The position numbers and the translations under genes are program-made. Positions 29,951 to 39,172 of a stretch of 52,841 nucleotides of DNA are shown here, piece after piece. The number at the start of each line of letters is the position of its first letter. Position 1 is the first letter of the stretch. Where the stretch lies: positions 1-52,841 of IMG/VR virus record IMGVR_UViG_3300008255_000162; one strand, written 5' to 3'. The DNA comes from a virus. Its lineage: Duplodnaviria; Caudoviricetes. The notes beneath the pieces were generated by a model that ran no database searches, was not told the DNA's origin, and worked only from the letters and a program-made list of their open reading frames with translations.

Positions 29951-31336
29951 CTACGCAGGAGCACCCCACGCGATCACGCGGATGATGTCGTTTGCCTGCA
30001 CGTTGGGCGCGACGCCACCGCCGAAGGTAGCGAGGATCCCTCCGTTGTCGATCGTGTAGGCATCAGTGACCACACCGTTCTGGTACCGAGGGATACCGGC
30101 AGCGGTGTAGACTTCCAGGTGGAAGTCGGTCACGGTGAACACGAAGTCGAATCGGAACGTGTTCGTGATCATCGCGGCAGTGACCGTCACCTCCGCGATC
30201 CCGCGCGGGCGGGTTCCATTGGTCGAACCCTGAAGCGTGTTGACGTTCACGTTCCCGCAGCCCCAGATATCGCCGGGGTCGGTCACGTTCTCGGCAAGGA
30301 CGATCGACGGGTCACCCGGGACGACGTTCCCGCCCGGAGCGTTCGCGGTACGGAACCGAATGAAGGGACCGAGCGGATCCGCGAGCAGATCGAGTGTACC
30401 GTCTGCCAATGCGGGGGTCAGACCATCGGCCAGGGTGATGGTCGCATCCGCGGTTCCAACACCGTTGATGGCGTCGATCCAGTTCGTCCGCGTGTCCGCA
30501 GCAGCCGCACCGATCACGACTGCGATGTGCGCGTCGTCGTTGACCACGGTGTTGATCGCGGGGTCTACGAACTCGTAGACATCAGCCCCGACAGTCATGG
30601 TGTTACCATCGGCCGGCTGGTTGGGGAACAGCGCCAACCAGGAGGCCGGAGACCCCGCGTCCATAAGTGTGAGATCGACGGCGATCTCCGCGAACGCGCT
30701 CCCGACCTGATCCACCGCGTACCGCCCCGTGGTGTCGGTGAAGGTATCCGACCCCGCGGTCGTCGCGGCGAGATACAGTTCGTACAGTACCGTCTCCAGG
30801 TCGGTTCCGGTGAAGACCGTATGTGAATCCTCCACACCGATCATGGAAGCGCCCTTGGACGCTGTGGTAGCAGCGAGCAGGATCAGAATGAAGGGGGTCG
30901 GGTCCGGACGCGTGGTCAGGAACACGGCACCCGAGGAGGCGTGCTTGACTGCGACCATGCCGACGAGGATTCCGCTGGCACCGGGGTTGGTCGTAGTCCA
31001 CCCTCCAGGCACGGCGGGGTCCGCCCAAACCGGAGAGCCCTGAGCCGGAGCACCGCTGGTGTCCACACCGGACAGGACCACGAAGTCGGTCAGTCCCAGA
31101 TCGTGCGCTCGACTGTCGGCCGCCTGCGTACGACTCGCGATCAGGCGGACTTCCTTCCCGTGCACTGCCGGGTCGAAGGGTACGACCCGCAGGAATCCCC
31201 CGGCGGACGCCTGCCCGGTGATTGCGAGGATCTGCCCTCGGGTCACGTTGCTGGTGTTGACGACGCCGATTCGATTCCCGAGCAGTGAAGTCACGCCCGA
31301 GAGAACCTGTTCTTGGTGAATCCTGTTGCCGGCCAT
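29951..31336 (-). CDS. Putative capsid decoration / fibre protein on the reverse strand
   Basis: N-terminal DUF2190-like GSPVW...GGWTTT.P...VG.V pattern; GAS.IGVED...F..T.LE.VL.EL fibre motif; T/A/G/D-rich. Confidence 0.6.
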   Translation of the reverse strand: MAGNRIHQEQVLSGVTSLLGNRIGVVNTSNVTRGQILAITGQASAGGFLRVVPFDPAVHGKEVRLIASRTQAADSRAHDLGLTDFVVLSGVDTSGAPAQGSPVWADPAVPGGWTTTNPGASGILVGMVAVKHASSGAVFLTTRPDPTPFILILLAATTASKGASMIGVEDSHTVFTGTDLETVLYELYLAATTAGSDTFTDTTGRYAVDQVGSAFAEIAVDLTLMDAGSPASWLALFPNQPADGNTMTVGADVYEFVDPAINTVVNDDAHIAVVIGAAAADTRTNWIDAINGVGTADATITLADGLTPALADGTLDLLADPLGPFIRFRTANAPGGNVVPGDPSIVLAENVTDPGDIWGCGNVNVNTLQGSTNGTRPRGIAEVTVTAAMITNTFRFDFVFTVTDFHLEVYTAAGIPRYQNGVVTDAYTIDNGGILATFGGGVAPNVQANDIIRVIAWGAPA

Positions 31337-31380
31337 AGGTCATCTCCCTGTGGAGCAGTTGCCCTGCATTGGACACCAGA

Positions 31381-31409
31381 AGCGTAGCACGAGGAGATAG
31401 GAGCGACAA
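31381..31409 (-). promoter_or_regulatory. Sigma70-type promoter for 29951..31336
   Basis: On the minus strand TTGTCG-17 nt-TACGCT with extended -10 TG. Confidence 0.5.
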
Positions 31410-31428
31410 GTCTCCTACCTCCGGGAGG

Positions 31429-32478
31429 CTACTTCAAAGCAATGTAGGTCCACGGCCCCCTCTTAGGCACGCGAGTACCCGCGACCTGAATCAGGACCAG
31501 CCGGTCGGGAACGTCGTCGCGCTCGACTCGGGACATGAAGTCCTTCAGTCCGCGCTCTCCCCACTGGATGTCCGGCACGGTGAACACGAACGGACGGCGG
31601 ATCAGCGAGCTGACCAACCCGTAAGCGATCGAGACGCGCTCCATCCCGCAAGACGGGTACAGCTTCAAGTCGCCGCGCTGGATGTAGGTCGCTCCATCGT
31701 TCATGTCGATTCCCAGGCGATCGCCCGTCGCGAGGAAGCGACTGGCCAGGGACAGGTAGCGCGGGAGTTCTGCTTCAATCCTCGCCACCAGCGCGGCATC
31801 GGCCGCAGCGACCGCCTCCTTGGCGCGATCGATCTCCGGGGCGTAGTTCTGGACTTCCTGCGCTCGCTTGGACGTGAACTGAAAGATCCCGTACCGCTTC
31901 GCGAGCTTCATCGCAGCCTCATAGGCTTCGATCGCTCCGTTCACGTCACGGGTCACGATCCGCGCACGAAACTCCGCGTCGTACTTGAGCAGTTCAGAGG
32001 ACACGTCCGCACCGAGAATGGGAAGGGCGCTCGGTGCGTTCTCGTGGAGCTTCTTGAGAGCTGCCTTCTTGGCAGTCAACTCCTTGTGCGGCCCCTCCGC
32101 GATCATCGGTCCGAGCCAATCGATCAGCTTGGACCGCCCGGACAGGGCCTCACTGACCTCTCCGTACGCGTCCACGTACACGCGTGACTGCTCGAACTTC
32201 GGCTTCTTCCCCGGCTCGCCGCCAACCGTAGCGACGACCACCCCGGAATCCTCCTCCGCGATTTCGACGCGCAGACCCTCTTGCGGACCGATCAGGTGAA
32301 TCCTAGCGTCCTTGACCCGCGATCGCCACATCTCGTCAGCGATCGCCTTGCACAGTCCAGAGAGTACGGAGTTCACGATTGCGGTCTTTCCGGTCGCGTT
32401 GTCCCCCCAGATCAGGGTGTTTCGCCCGATCACGTACTCCTCGGTCAGTCCCTTCGCGTTGGTGGTCATACGGTACAT
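31429..32478 (-). CDS. SMC/Rad50-like (AAA_23) ATPase
   Basis: LIWGDNATGKT Walker A; short coiled coil; degenerate signature PSCGMER; ATG at 32478 after GGAGG. Confidence 0.65.
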   Translation of the reverse strand: MYRMTTNAKGLTEEYVIGRNTLIWGDNATGKTAIVNSVLSGLCKAIADEMWRSRVKDARIHLIGPQEGLRVEIAEEDSGVVVATVGGEPGKKPKFEQSRVYVDAYGEVSEALSGRSKLIDWLGPMIAEGPHKELTAKKAALKKLHENAPSALPILGADVSSELLKYDAEFRARIVTRDVNGAIEAYEAAMKLAKRYGIFQFTSKRAQEVQNYAPEIDRAKEAVAAADAALVARIEAELPRYLSLASRFLATGDRLGIDMNDGATYIQRGDLKLYPSCGMERVSIAYGLVSSLIRRPFVFTVPDIQWGERGLKDFMSRVERDDVPDRLVLIQVAGTRVPKRGPWTYIALK

Positions 32479-32864
32479 TTGATCCTCCTCTTGGGTGGTA
32501 GGGACCAAATAAGGCCCCGGGTTAGTTCCCCTTCACTGAAGGAGAATATGTAAGATGCTGTTGCGCCGACTGCCTCTCGAAGAACAGCGACTTCTACTCT
32601 GCTCCAGGGAGGCGGCGGAACGACATAGATCCGGTACTTCCGACCGGAACCGAACTGCGAGTTGCGACGAATCGTGTCACGTGCGAATGTCTCTGGGATC
32701 GGATCCCAATGACGATGATGCTCTGACCAGAGAGGCGTGACGAATATGGTGGGGGTACCCTTGATCATTGCACGGAGGTCGTGCTTGATCTTCCGAATCG
32801 TCTCCCCCTCCTCTTTCATAGAGAGGCGCAGGACTTCGACGAGAAAGAGCGTTCCGACTACCAT
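32466..32864 (-). CDS. Hypothetical protein
   Basis: Fills the gap in the minus-strand operon, with overlapping ends. Confidence 0.55.
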   Translation of the reverse strand: MVVGTLFLVEVLRLSMKEEGETIRKIKHDLRAMIKGTPTIFVTPLWSEHHRHWDPIPETFARDTIRRNSQFGSGRKYRIYVVPPPPWSRVEVAVLREAVGATASYIFSFSEGELTRGLIWSLPPKRRIKCTV

Positions 32865-33577
32865 ACCGTATCTCCATTAGATGATGGTGTCCAGTCGAGT
32901 AGGTTCATCTGCTCGAAGGGCAGGGCTCCGTGCCAACGTCTAGGACGGCGTTGGTGCGTGAGCACCCGTGTTGGAAAGCGTGAGAACTCTGGCCACCCCA
33001 CCACCCTGGTACCGACCGTGCTCGGTACATCCTCGACCGGACAGTCGAGGAACGGACGTAGCCGTGCAGGAGTTATCCGATACAAGTTCGTCCAGGCCCC
33101 GCCCATGCGTTCGGAGAGTGGAGTGCTCCAATCCTTGCCGTAGTCCCCGAAGTCGATTGCCAGATAGTCTACAATACGGGAGTCGAGAATGAGAATGGAC
33201 TTAACCATCGACTCGAACTTGTAAGTAAGATCCTTCTCTTGCATGTCTCCGACGCGACCAGCGGGTTTGTAGTGCACAAACGCGTAGAACAGGCGCGGTC
33301 GGTACACGGGCAGTGTTCCATTGTCACGAATCCAGTCGTACGACCGATGCTGTGTTACTCTCACGTAGAAGCGTTTGATCCCGGCCTTCACCTCGACCAT
33401 TGCTGTCTGGTCTTTCCAGAACAGGTCGGGGTACACGTATCCATCTTGATCATCGAATGGACAGGGTATGGGATGCGTGCGGGGCCACCGACGAGAGTTT
33501 GGAAGTACGCTCTGCACGAGGTCGGCAGCTAATGTACCGATCTTTCCACGTGCAGCGTGAGGACCCAAACGAGTCAT
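32858..33577 (-). CDS. PD-(D/E)XK restriction-endonuclease-like protein
   Basis: YPDLFW....VEVKAG motif; ATG at 33577 overlaps the MTase stop (ATGA). Confidence 0.6.
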   Translation of the reverse strand: MTRLGPHAARGKIGTLAADLVQSVLPNSRRWPRTHPIPCPFDDQDGYVYPDLFWKDQTAMVEVKAGIKRFYVRVTQHRSYDWIRDNGTLPVYRPRLFYAFVHYKPAGRVGDMQEKDLTYKFESMVKSILILDSRIVDYLAIDFGDYGKDWSTPLSERMGGAWTNLYRITPARLRPFLDCPVEDVPSTVGTRVVGWPEFSRFPTRVLTHQRRPRRWHGALPFEQMNLLDWTPSSNGDTVW

Positions 33578-34131
33578 TTCCATGCTCGCGGTCCAGTAAT
33601 CCAGATCAGCTTGGTACCAGGGGGTGGGGGGAGATCCCTCCTCCACACGTAGAATCCGTATTCTGTCATGTCGTTTCCCCCGTGAGTGAACGAGGGGCGA
33701 GGGGTTACAATGTAGATGGTGTGTGGGTTGTTCTCATTCCAGAAATCGACCCGTTTTCTCGCGGCGAGCAGGTTGATCCTGAGTAGGTAGGCGACCCCTA
33801 CCGTTGCAATGTCGAGTGCGTGCTGAATGTGATCTTGTACATCGGTGTACGGCGGGTTCCCAACGATCCAGTGTGGACGGTGCGCGTCGGGGAAACTCGC
33901 TCGCAGGAAGTCGGCATTCCGCGAGGCTTTGACCAGTTTCAGTCCCGCCGCGCCGGGATCGGTGTCGAGCGCCCATACATGCTCCGTCTTCTTCAAGAGT
34001 GGACGAACGAACGATCCGGATCCACATGACGGTTCGAGGGTGACTTGTCCCCTCTCGATAGGGAGGAGGCTGACCAGCGTTGCAGCCAGTTTCGGGGGGG
34101 TGTTGTAGATGTCTGCCGCTATTCTCGTCAT
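33574..34131 (-). CDS. Small phage amino-DNA methyltransferase
   Basis: D.YNTP, LEPSCGSGSF, DFL, VGNPPY, RPSF motifs. Confidence 0.85.
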   Translation of the reverse strand: MTRIAADIYNTPPKLAATLVSLLPIERGQVTLEPSCGSGSFVRPLLKKTEHVWALDTDPGAAGLKLVKASRNADFLRASFPDAHRPHWIVGNPPYTDVQDHIQHALDIATVGVAYLLRINLLAARKRVDFWNENNPHTIYIVTPRPSFTHGGNDMTEYGFYVWRRDLPPPPGTKLIWITGPRAWK

Positions 34132-34134
34132 CGA

Positions 34135-34464
34135 CTATTCCTTACCCATTCCGAGCGTCGCGATGATGACTCTCGACTGCTCTGCGGTGAGCCGGTCTCT
34201 CACGGCGTTGACCATCTGCACCGCCCAGAGCGCCAGTCTCCGGCGCGTCATCTCCGATCGGTCTTCGTCGGTCGCCGGGCGGATGCACCGTGAACGCCAT
34301 GAGGTGATAGCTCCACGCTCCCTCCCGTCCGCACGCCATGCGGTACCTCGGACAACCGGCAGCCCGCCCGACGTGACCCGATCGACGGTGATGAGGGCAT
34401 CCAGGTGCCCGTCGATCAGTATGACGACCTCCTGACCCACGTGCCAACTGATCTCGCTGCTCAT
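34135..34464 (-). CDS. Hypothetical protein
   Basis: 109 aa in operon; GAGGAG upstream. Confidence 0.65.
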   Translation of the reverse strand: MSSEISWHVGQEVVILIDGHLDALITVDRVTSGGLPVVRGTAWRADGRERGAITSWRSRCIRPATDEDRSEMTRRRLALWAVQMVNAVRDRLTAEQSRVIIATLGMGKE

Positions 34465-34467
34465 GGC

Positions 34468-35463
34468 CTACTCCTCGCTCCGGTTGGGGTCGTGCTCGCC
34501 GCGCTCGATTGCGCCGGCGATGTCAGCGGCGGTCACGCGCATCTGGTCCTTCGGGATCTGGAACCCAGGACATGCGCGTAGCCACGTCATGATCCGAGCC
34601 TCAGCCTGATCGGCAGTGTCAACGGCAATGGACAGGTGTCGCATCTCGACCGACATCTCGTCGATCACGATCCGAAGTCGCAGCACCTCACGCGCAAGCG
34701 TAGGTACCAGCACCATCACGTGTGCATCCTCGCGGCACGTGACCCGTGCCACAGTCCCTTCGCCGTTTTGGTCGAGAACTTCAGCCTCGTAGTGTCCGAG
34801 AGCACCGAGCATCCACTCGACCCGACTTGCCTCTTCTGGAGGTGAGTAGTCGCCGCGATCCTCGACGGTCCAGTTGAGGGCGAGTAGACTCTGAAGCCTC
34901 TCGATGGTCAGGTCAGTCACTGGCTCGACGACCGGTTGTGTCGAAGGCGTGTCGAATGCGAGACGGAAACTCAGGTCGTCGCCGCGGAGGGAAGGAACGT
35001 CCCTGTCGCGGAGGGCGACCCGCACAAGCGACGGGTCGTCGTACCAACCGCCGCCGCGGAGGACCCGAAGGGGACTCGCGATATCTGCGATCCAGCAGTA
35101 CGCAACTCCGAACAGATCGCGCACACCGTCCGCGTTGGGCGGGCACGGCGAGGTGCCCACGTCCGGCAGCTCTACCAGTGGCCACTCGTGGAAGTCGTGT
35201 GCGGGTACTGACTTCTCTACCGCGATCAGGTCAGCCTCGGTAGGTAGGTGGCCGCCGACCCATCGGCAGTAGGCGTCTGCGTCGTACCAGTCTACGGTCA
35301 CAACGGGTTGTTGCGGGCGTCCCTTGACCGTGCGCAGGTCGTTGCGGTTGGTGGTTCGGCAGAACGCTTCCCACTGCTCACACGTTACGAAGTCGGTCAG
35401 GTGCAACACGGTTCGCCTCCTTGTAGGATCTAACGGTTTCGACATTCGATCGAAGATCACCAC
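34468..35463 (-). CDS. FGE-sulfatase / C-type-lectin-fold protein with internal DGR-type variable region and C-terminal extension
   Basis: VT..QW..F, PVV.V.W.DA.AYCRW.GG.LPTEA, N..GV.DL.G, RVLRGGGW...SFRLA motifs. Confidence 0.85.
   Translation of the reverse strand: MVIFDRMSKPLDPTRRRTVLHLTDFVTCEQWEAFCRTTNRNDLRTVKGRPQQPVVTVDWYDADAYCRWVGGHLPTEADLIAVEKSVPAHDFHEWPLVELPDVGTSPCPPNADGVRDLFGVAYCWIADIASPLRVLRGGGWYDDPSLVRVALRDRDVPSLRGDDLSFRLAFDTPSTQPVVEPVTDLTIERLQSLLALNWTVEDRGDYSPPEEASRVEWMLGALGHYEAEVLDQNGEGTVARVTCREDAHVMVLVPTLAREVLRLRIVIDEMSVEMRHLSIAVDTADQAEARIMTWLRACPGFQIPKDQMRVTAADIAGAIERGEHDPNRSEE
34951..35067 (-). repeat. DGR-like variable repeat VR1
   Basis: 92/117 nt identical to 49480-49596; mismatches concentrated at codon positions 1-2 of NNC codons. 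Confidence 0.75.
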
Positions 35464-35467
35464 CTGA

Positions 35468-37990
35468 CTATCGCGCCCACTTCACGCCCCAACGAAGTTG
35501 AGGCTTGGCATCTGCATTGTATGGCATCCCTCGTCCGTTGAGTCGACGGCGAGACATGCACACGGTAAGTGCTTCGATCCACTCCTCGATCTCGAAGACT
35601 GAAACCTCTAAGAGTAGGGCGTCGTGTGCTTGGTTGACGACACCAACTCGCTCTTGGAAGTCGAAAGCAAACGGACGAACGATCGTAGACTTGTCCAGGC
35701 GTTCTGTTGCAAAGATGTACCGCTGCGCCCCCATGAGATCCATCGTGGCCTCGTGGACGAGAGCGGAGCCGCCAGCTTGAATCGGAGGATTGACCAGCTT
35801 CGACCGCTCTGCACCACCGGGATAATACCGCTTGCGCCCCCACAGTGGATCCTCGACGTACCCGTGATCGTTGTAGAAGTCTTCAATATGATCCCACCAT
35901 CGCGGTATGTGAGGGAACGCCTTCGCTCTGGCTCTCATTGCATCGCGTATAACATCGATCGGACGTGTTGCATAGGGATAAGAGACGATTCCCGTCTTAT
36001 TATCCCTGACGGATACGCGCGACACTTGGTCGCGTACGGTCTTCAGCCCGGCTCCGTACTGCCAGGCATACCCCACGTTCTTGACGATCCCACGTGCATC
36101 ATCGAAGTCGGAGCCCTCCGTCGCTTTCCCCCTCCGGTCGGATGGCGCACCGGATAGGTCCCACACCTCGGGTCCGTATGTGAGTTCCATGGACTCGTTG
36201 TGAAGATCCAACCCGTCTAGGACCATCTGGATTACAATGTCTTCACCAGCTTCCTCACTGATCAGACGCAACTCCAGTTGCGACTCATCGGCGTAGACGA
36301 AGCAATGTCCTTCCTCCGGGACATATATACGTCGTACGAAATAGGGTTGGTTCTGGAAGTTGGGATCACTGGAGTTGTACCTCCCTGATGATGGTAGGCG
36401 ATTGTAAGAAGCATGTACCCTGCCATCACGTCCGACCAGCGTACCATCAAGAATCCCCTTCAAGTAGGTTCCGCGCAGCTTGCCATACTCTCGACAGTCG
36501 AGGACGCCGCGAATCAGCATCTCTTGATCCGCATCCAATATGTCGGAGACCAACCACGTCCGAAGCGACTTCTCGTCGGCGGATTCATTCCCCGTCTTTG
36601 CACTGAAACTGACCGCCGGGAGATTCCATTGATCAAAGAATAGCTTCTGTAGCTGCGGGTGACTGTTGGGATTCAATCCCGGTCGTACCTTGTGAACATT
36701 GGCGAGTGCCAACGCCTCAGACGCCGCAAGCTCCCTGTCCAGCTTCCGCGCTTCGTCGATGTCTACCCTGATCCCCAACTGTTGCATACTAACACCGAAC
36801 TGATGCAACCAGTTTTCTTGCGGTTCAAGGTGAGGCGACCCCCGCGTCTTTAGCGACTCGCGAAGACTCTTGTGTACTGAGATGCCGGTCGCAATGTCGT
36901 CTCCATTGTACGACCAAAGCTCAATGTCGGATTGTGTATTCAGCGCAACGTGATCCGCCTTCCAGGCATCTAGCATTGGAGTACGCCATGCTGCTAGGAA
37001 ACCTAAACGATGACGTAAACCATCCCCAAGAAGGAGATGCTCGATCAGTGTGTCATGTTTGAATAGGAAATCCATTCCGTATCGTAGGAGAACCTGACGG
37101 TCGTAATGGTTTGCGTTGTGCCCAATAAGACGATGAGCATTCTTCAGAATCCACGTGCAGACTGCATCGAACAGTGCCTTGTCATTCAGTCCCCATAGTG
37201 CATGACCCTTCACCGATCGGTATGGAATAATGGCAGCGAACTTCTCGTTGCCGATACCGATGCAACGCAGTCGGCAAGTCATTGGATCCTTACCGTCTGT
37301 TTCTACATCAAGTTCCAGTTCCTCGTCAGGATCCCACTGAGCACAGGCGTAGTCGAAGCTACGCACATTCTTGACTATCAGCTTCTTTGGCTTCAGCGGT
37401 TCGAGCTTCTTGGTGAACCAGTCGATTCCCTTCTGTATTCCATCTCGAAACACCTCCGGCCATTCAGGAGTGCGCAACACGAACGCAGGATGCACGGAAT
37501 AGAAATACTTGACTCCGTTCCGTTCCTCCCCGCATCCGTGCATTGCCATGATCGACGTTTGCTTTCCGCGAACAGCCGATGCAGCCTCCCCCCCCATGAC
37601 CAACACATGCCGGAATCCTTCCAGATCCCGAAGCATCCGACCGCGACAGGCATCAATCGGATCGCGCAGACCCCTGCCCTTTGCCCATGTGCGGATGATA
37701 CCCAACTGGTCTTCGGGTGGTCGGCACGCTGCCGCATTTAAGATACGCACGTTCTTCCGCTTGACGTGTGCTGCCTCTAATGCGGGCTGAAGTACCTCCT
37801 GCCCGCACTTGCCACAGAAGTTCCGACCCTCGATTGTCTCCGTACGACCAGGAGTTTCCCCCAACAGTGCGATCTTGTCGTCTATGTGACACGTAACCAA
37901 CACAGGGATAGGCTCACGCTCCTCAACCTTGTTGTACCACGCGCGCAAGGCGCAATGTTCACAGTCGGCACCAGTTGGGGGTTGGAACAT
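35468..37990 (-). CDS. polA: Family A DNA polymerase with N-terminal family-4 uracil-DNA-glycosylase-like domain (SPO1-like)
   Basis: UDG: CxxC, GETPG..E, NA..CRP, HPAFVLR; exonuclease: DVET, HNA.YD, YN.DD; polymerase motifs A DESQLELR, B RGIVKNVGYAWQYG, C AHDAL. Confidence 0.95.
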   Translation of the reverse strand: MFQPPTGADCEHCALRAWYNKVEEREPIPVLVTCHIDDKIALLGETPGRTETIEGRNFCGKCGQEVLQPALEAAHVKRKNVRILNAAACRPPEDQLGIIRTWAKGRGLRDPIDACRGRMLRDLEGFRHVLVMGGEAASAVRGKQTSIMAMHGCGEERNGVKYFYSVHPAFVLRTPEWPEVFRDGIQKGIDWFTKKLEPLKPKKLIVKNVRSFDYACAQWDPDEELELDVETDGKDPMTCRLRCIGIGNEKFAAIIPYRSVKGHALWGLNDKALFDAVCTWILKNAHRLIGHNANHYDRQVLLRYGMDFLFKHDTLIEHLLLGDGLRHRLGFLAAWRTPMLDAWKADHVALNTQSDIELWSYNGDDIATGISVHKSLRESLKTRGSPHLEPQENWLHQFGVSMQQLGIRVDIDEARKLDRELAASEALALANVHKVRPGLNPNSHPQLQKLFFDQWNLPAVSFSAKTGNESADEKSLRTWLVSDILDADQEMLIRGVLDCREYGKLRGTYLKGILDGTLVGRDGRVHASYNRLPSSGRYNSSDPNFQNQPYFVRRIYVPEEGHCFVYADESQLELRLISEEAGEDIVIQMVLDGLDLHNESMELTYGPEVWDLSGAPSDRRGKATEGSDFDDARGIVKNVGYAWQYGAGLKTVRDQVSRVSVRDNKTGIVSYPYATRPIDVIRDAMRARAKAFPHIPRWWDHIEDFYNDHGYVEDPLWGRKRYYPGGAERSKLVNPPIQAGGSALVHEATMDLMGAQRYIFATERLDKSTIVRPFAFDFQERVGVVNQAHDALLLEVSVFEIEEWIEALTVCMSRRRLNGRGMPYNADAKPQLRWGVKWAR

Positions 37991-38102
37991 TACGGCTTAC
38001 TCGCCCCGAGAGTTCGATCGTCGTAGGACAAACCATTGTAGTACACCGGGGGACCGACCCGCCGGCGTTCTAACTCAGCGATGCGCTCGGAGTCGGTAGG
38101 CA

Positions 38103-38477
38103 CTATTCCCCTCCGATTGCGATCTGTTGGAGCTGATGCAGTCGTCTCTCCGCGATTTTGAGGCGTTTCCGCAGCATCTTGACGTGGTATGCACGCTTCG
38201 CGATAGCTCGCTGCACGGCAGATTCTTTCGTGCGCTGTGCGAACCTGGATACCAGCCTGACCCATTTCGGCGGGTCCTGCACATGACCGCCGGGGTACCG
38301 CTGAATCCAAGCGCCTGCCGAAGTGACTCGCGTCACAGTCCATTCCTCGCATCGAACATTCGCGTGGGAGTATCTCCGCCCCATCCATTCTCCAGAAAGG
38401 TCGAACTCCCCTCGGTAGACCGCCGCATCGACTACACGGTATAGCACCTGCCCCAGGACGTACGGATCGGTAGGCAT
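38103..38477 (-). CDS. Hypothetical protein
   Basis: 124 aa; GAGGGG RBS. Confidence 0.65.
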   Translation of the reverse strand: MPTDPYVLGQVLYRVVDAAVYRGEFDLSGEWMGRRYSHANVRCEEWTVTRVTSAGAWIQRYPGGHVQDPPKWVRLVSRFAQRTKESAVQRAIAKRAYHVKMLRKRLKIAERRLHQLQQIAIGGE

Positions 38478-38480
38478 GAC

Positions 38481-38684
38481 TTACCCCCTCGCGCCTGTAG
38501 AGGGACGAGACAGGATGACGATCTTGTCGTACTGTGCGATGTGTTCGAGACGGAAGAAGTACCCGGACGGGAACAGCACGGCCTGGACGATCAGGCGTGC
38601 GAGATGCGACTTGCCGCTCCCCGGTGCTCCACGGATCTCGATGGTCATGATCGGGCGGCCGTCTTCGTTCTTGACACGCATCAC
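38481..38684 (-). CDS. Small protein with P-loop-like motif
   Basis: IEIRGAPGSGKS in 67 aa; overlaps the upstream stop. Confidence 0.55.
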   Translation of the reverse strand: MMRVKNEDGRPIMTIEIRGAPGSGKSHLARLIVQAVLFPSGYFFRLEHIAQYDKIVILSRPSTGARG

Positions 38685-38914
38685 AGCACCACCACTTCAG
38701 CCGAGTTGGCTGCACTGAAGTCTCCGCGTTCGTCCCAGGTCACGTCGTTGACGATCCAGTCGATCGCCTGACCTACACTCAGACTGAGGAGCTTCCTCTC
38801 GTTGTGGTAGAGTGTGACTTCCAGTGAAGAGAGTTTGACCTCGCCGTCTTCGTACCCACGAAGGCCGTCCGCGATGTCTTGAAGTAGCCTGTTTGCATGT
38901 CGATAGTAGTTCAT
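38681..38914 (-). CDS. Hypothetical protein
   Basis: 77 aa; GGGAG RBS. Confidence 0.6.
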   Translation of the reverse strand: MNYYRHANRLLQDIADGLRGYEDGEVKLSSLEVTLYHNERKLLSLSVGQAIDWIVNDVTWDERGDFSAANSAEVVVL

Positions 38915-39172
38915 CTTATTTCTCCCTGATGGGTCGGGGCATCGAGTTAGCTGTCTACCTTCGATTCCGATTATATCGGTTGCCCCGTTATTCTTCTCGG
39001 TCGAGCCGAGTGCTGTTCAGTCTGCGATGTAACCGGGTGGAGTCACCCTCATCTTCTTCACTCCGGGGTGCAAACCGCCCGGTTGCCTATTGCCGGACGG
39101 ATTGCGGGGGAGAGATGGGGAGTACCGACCGTGATGATGGAATCGGTCGGCACCCCCCACCCCCGGTACCGA

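Noticed and set aside
35338-35360. ACCAACCGCAAC stretch (minus strand) as a possible DGR template repeat
   Set aside because: Short, in-frame coding (RTTNRND), and no flanking similarity to the VRs
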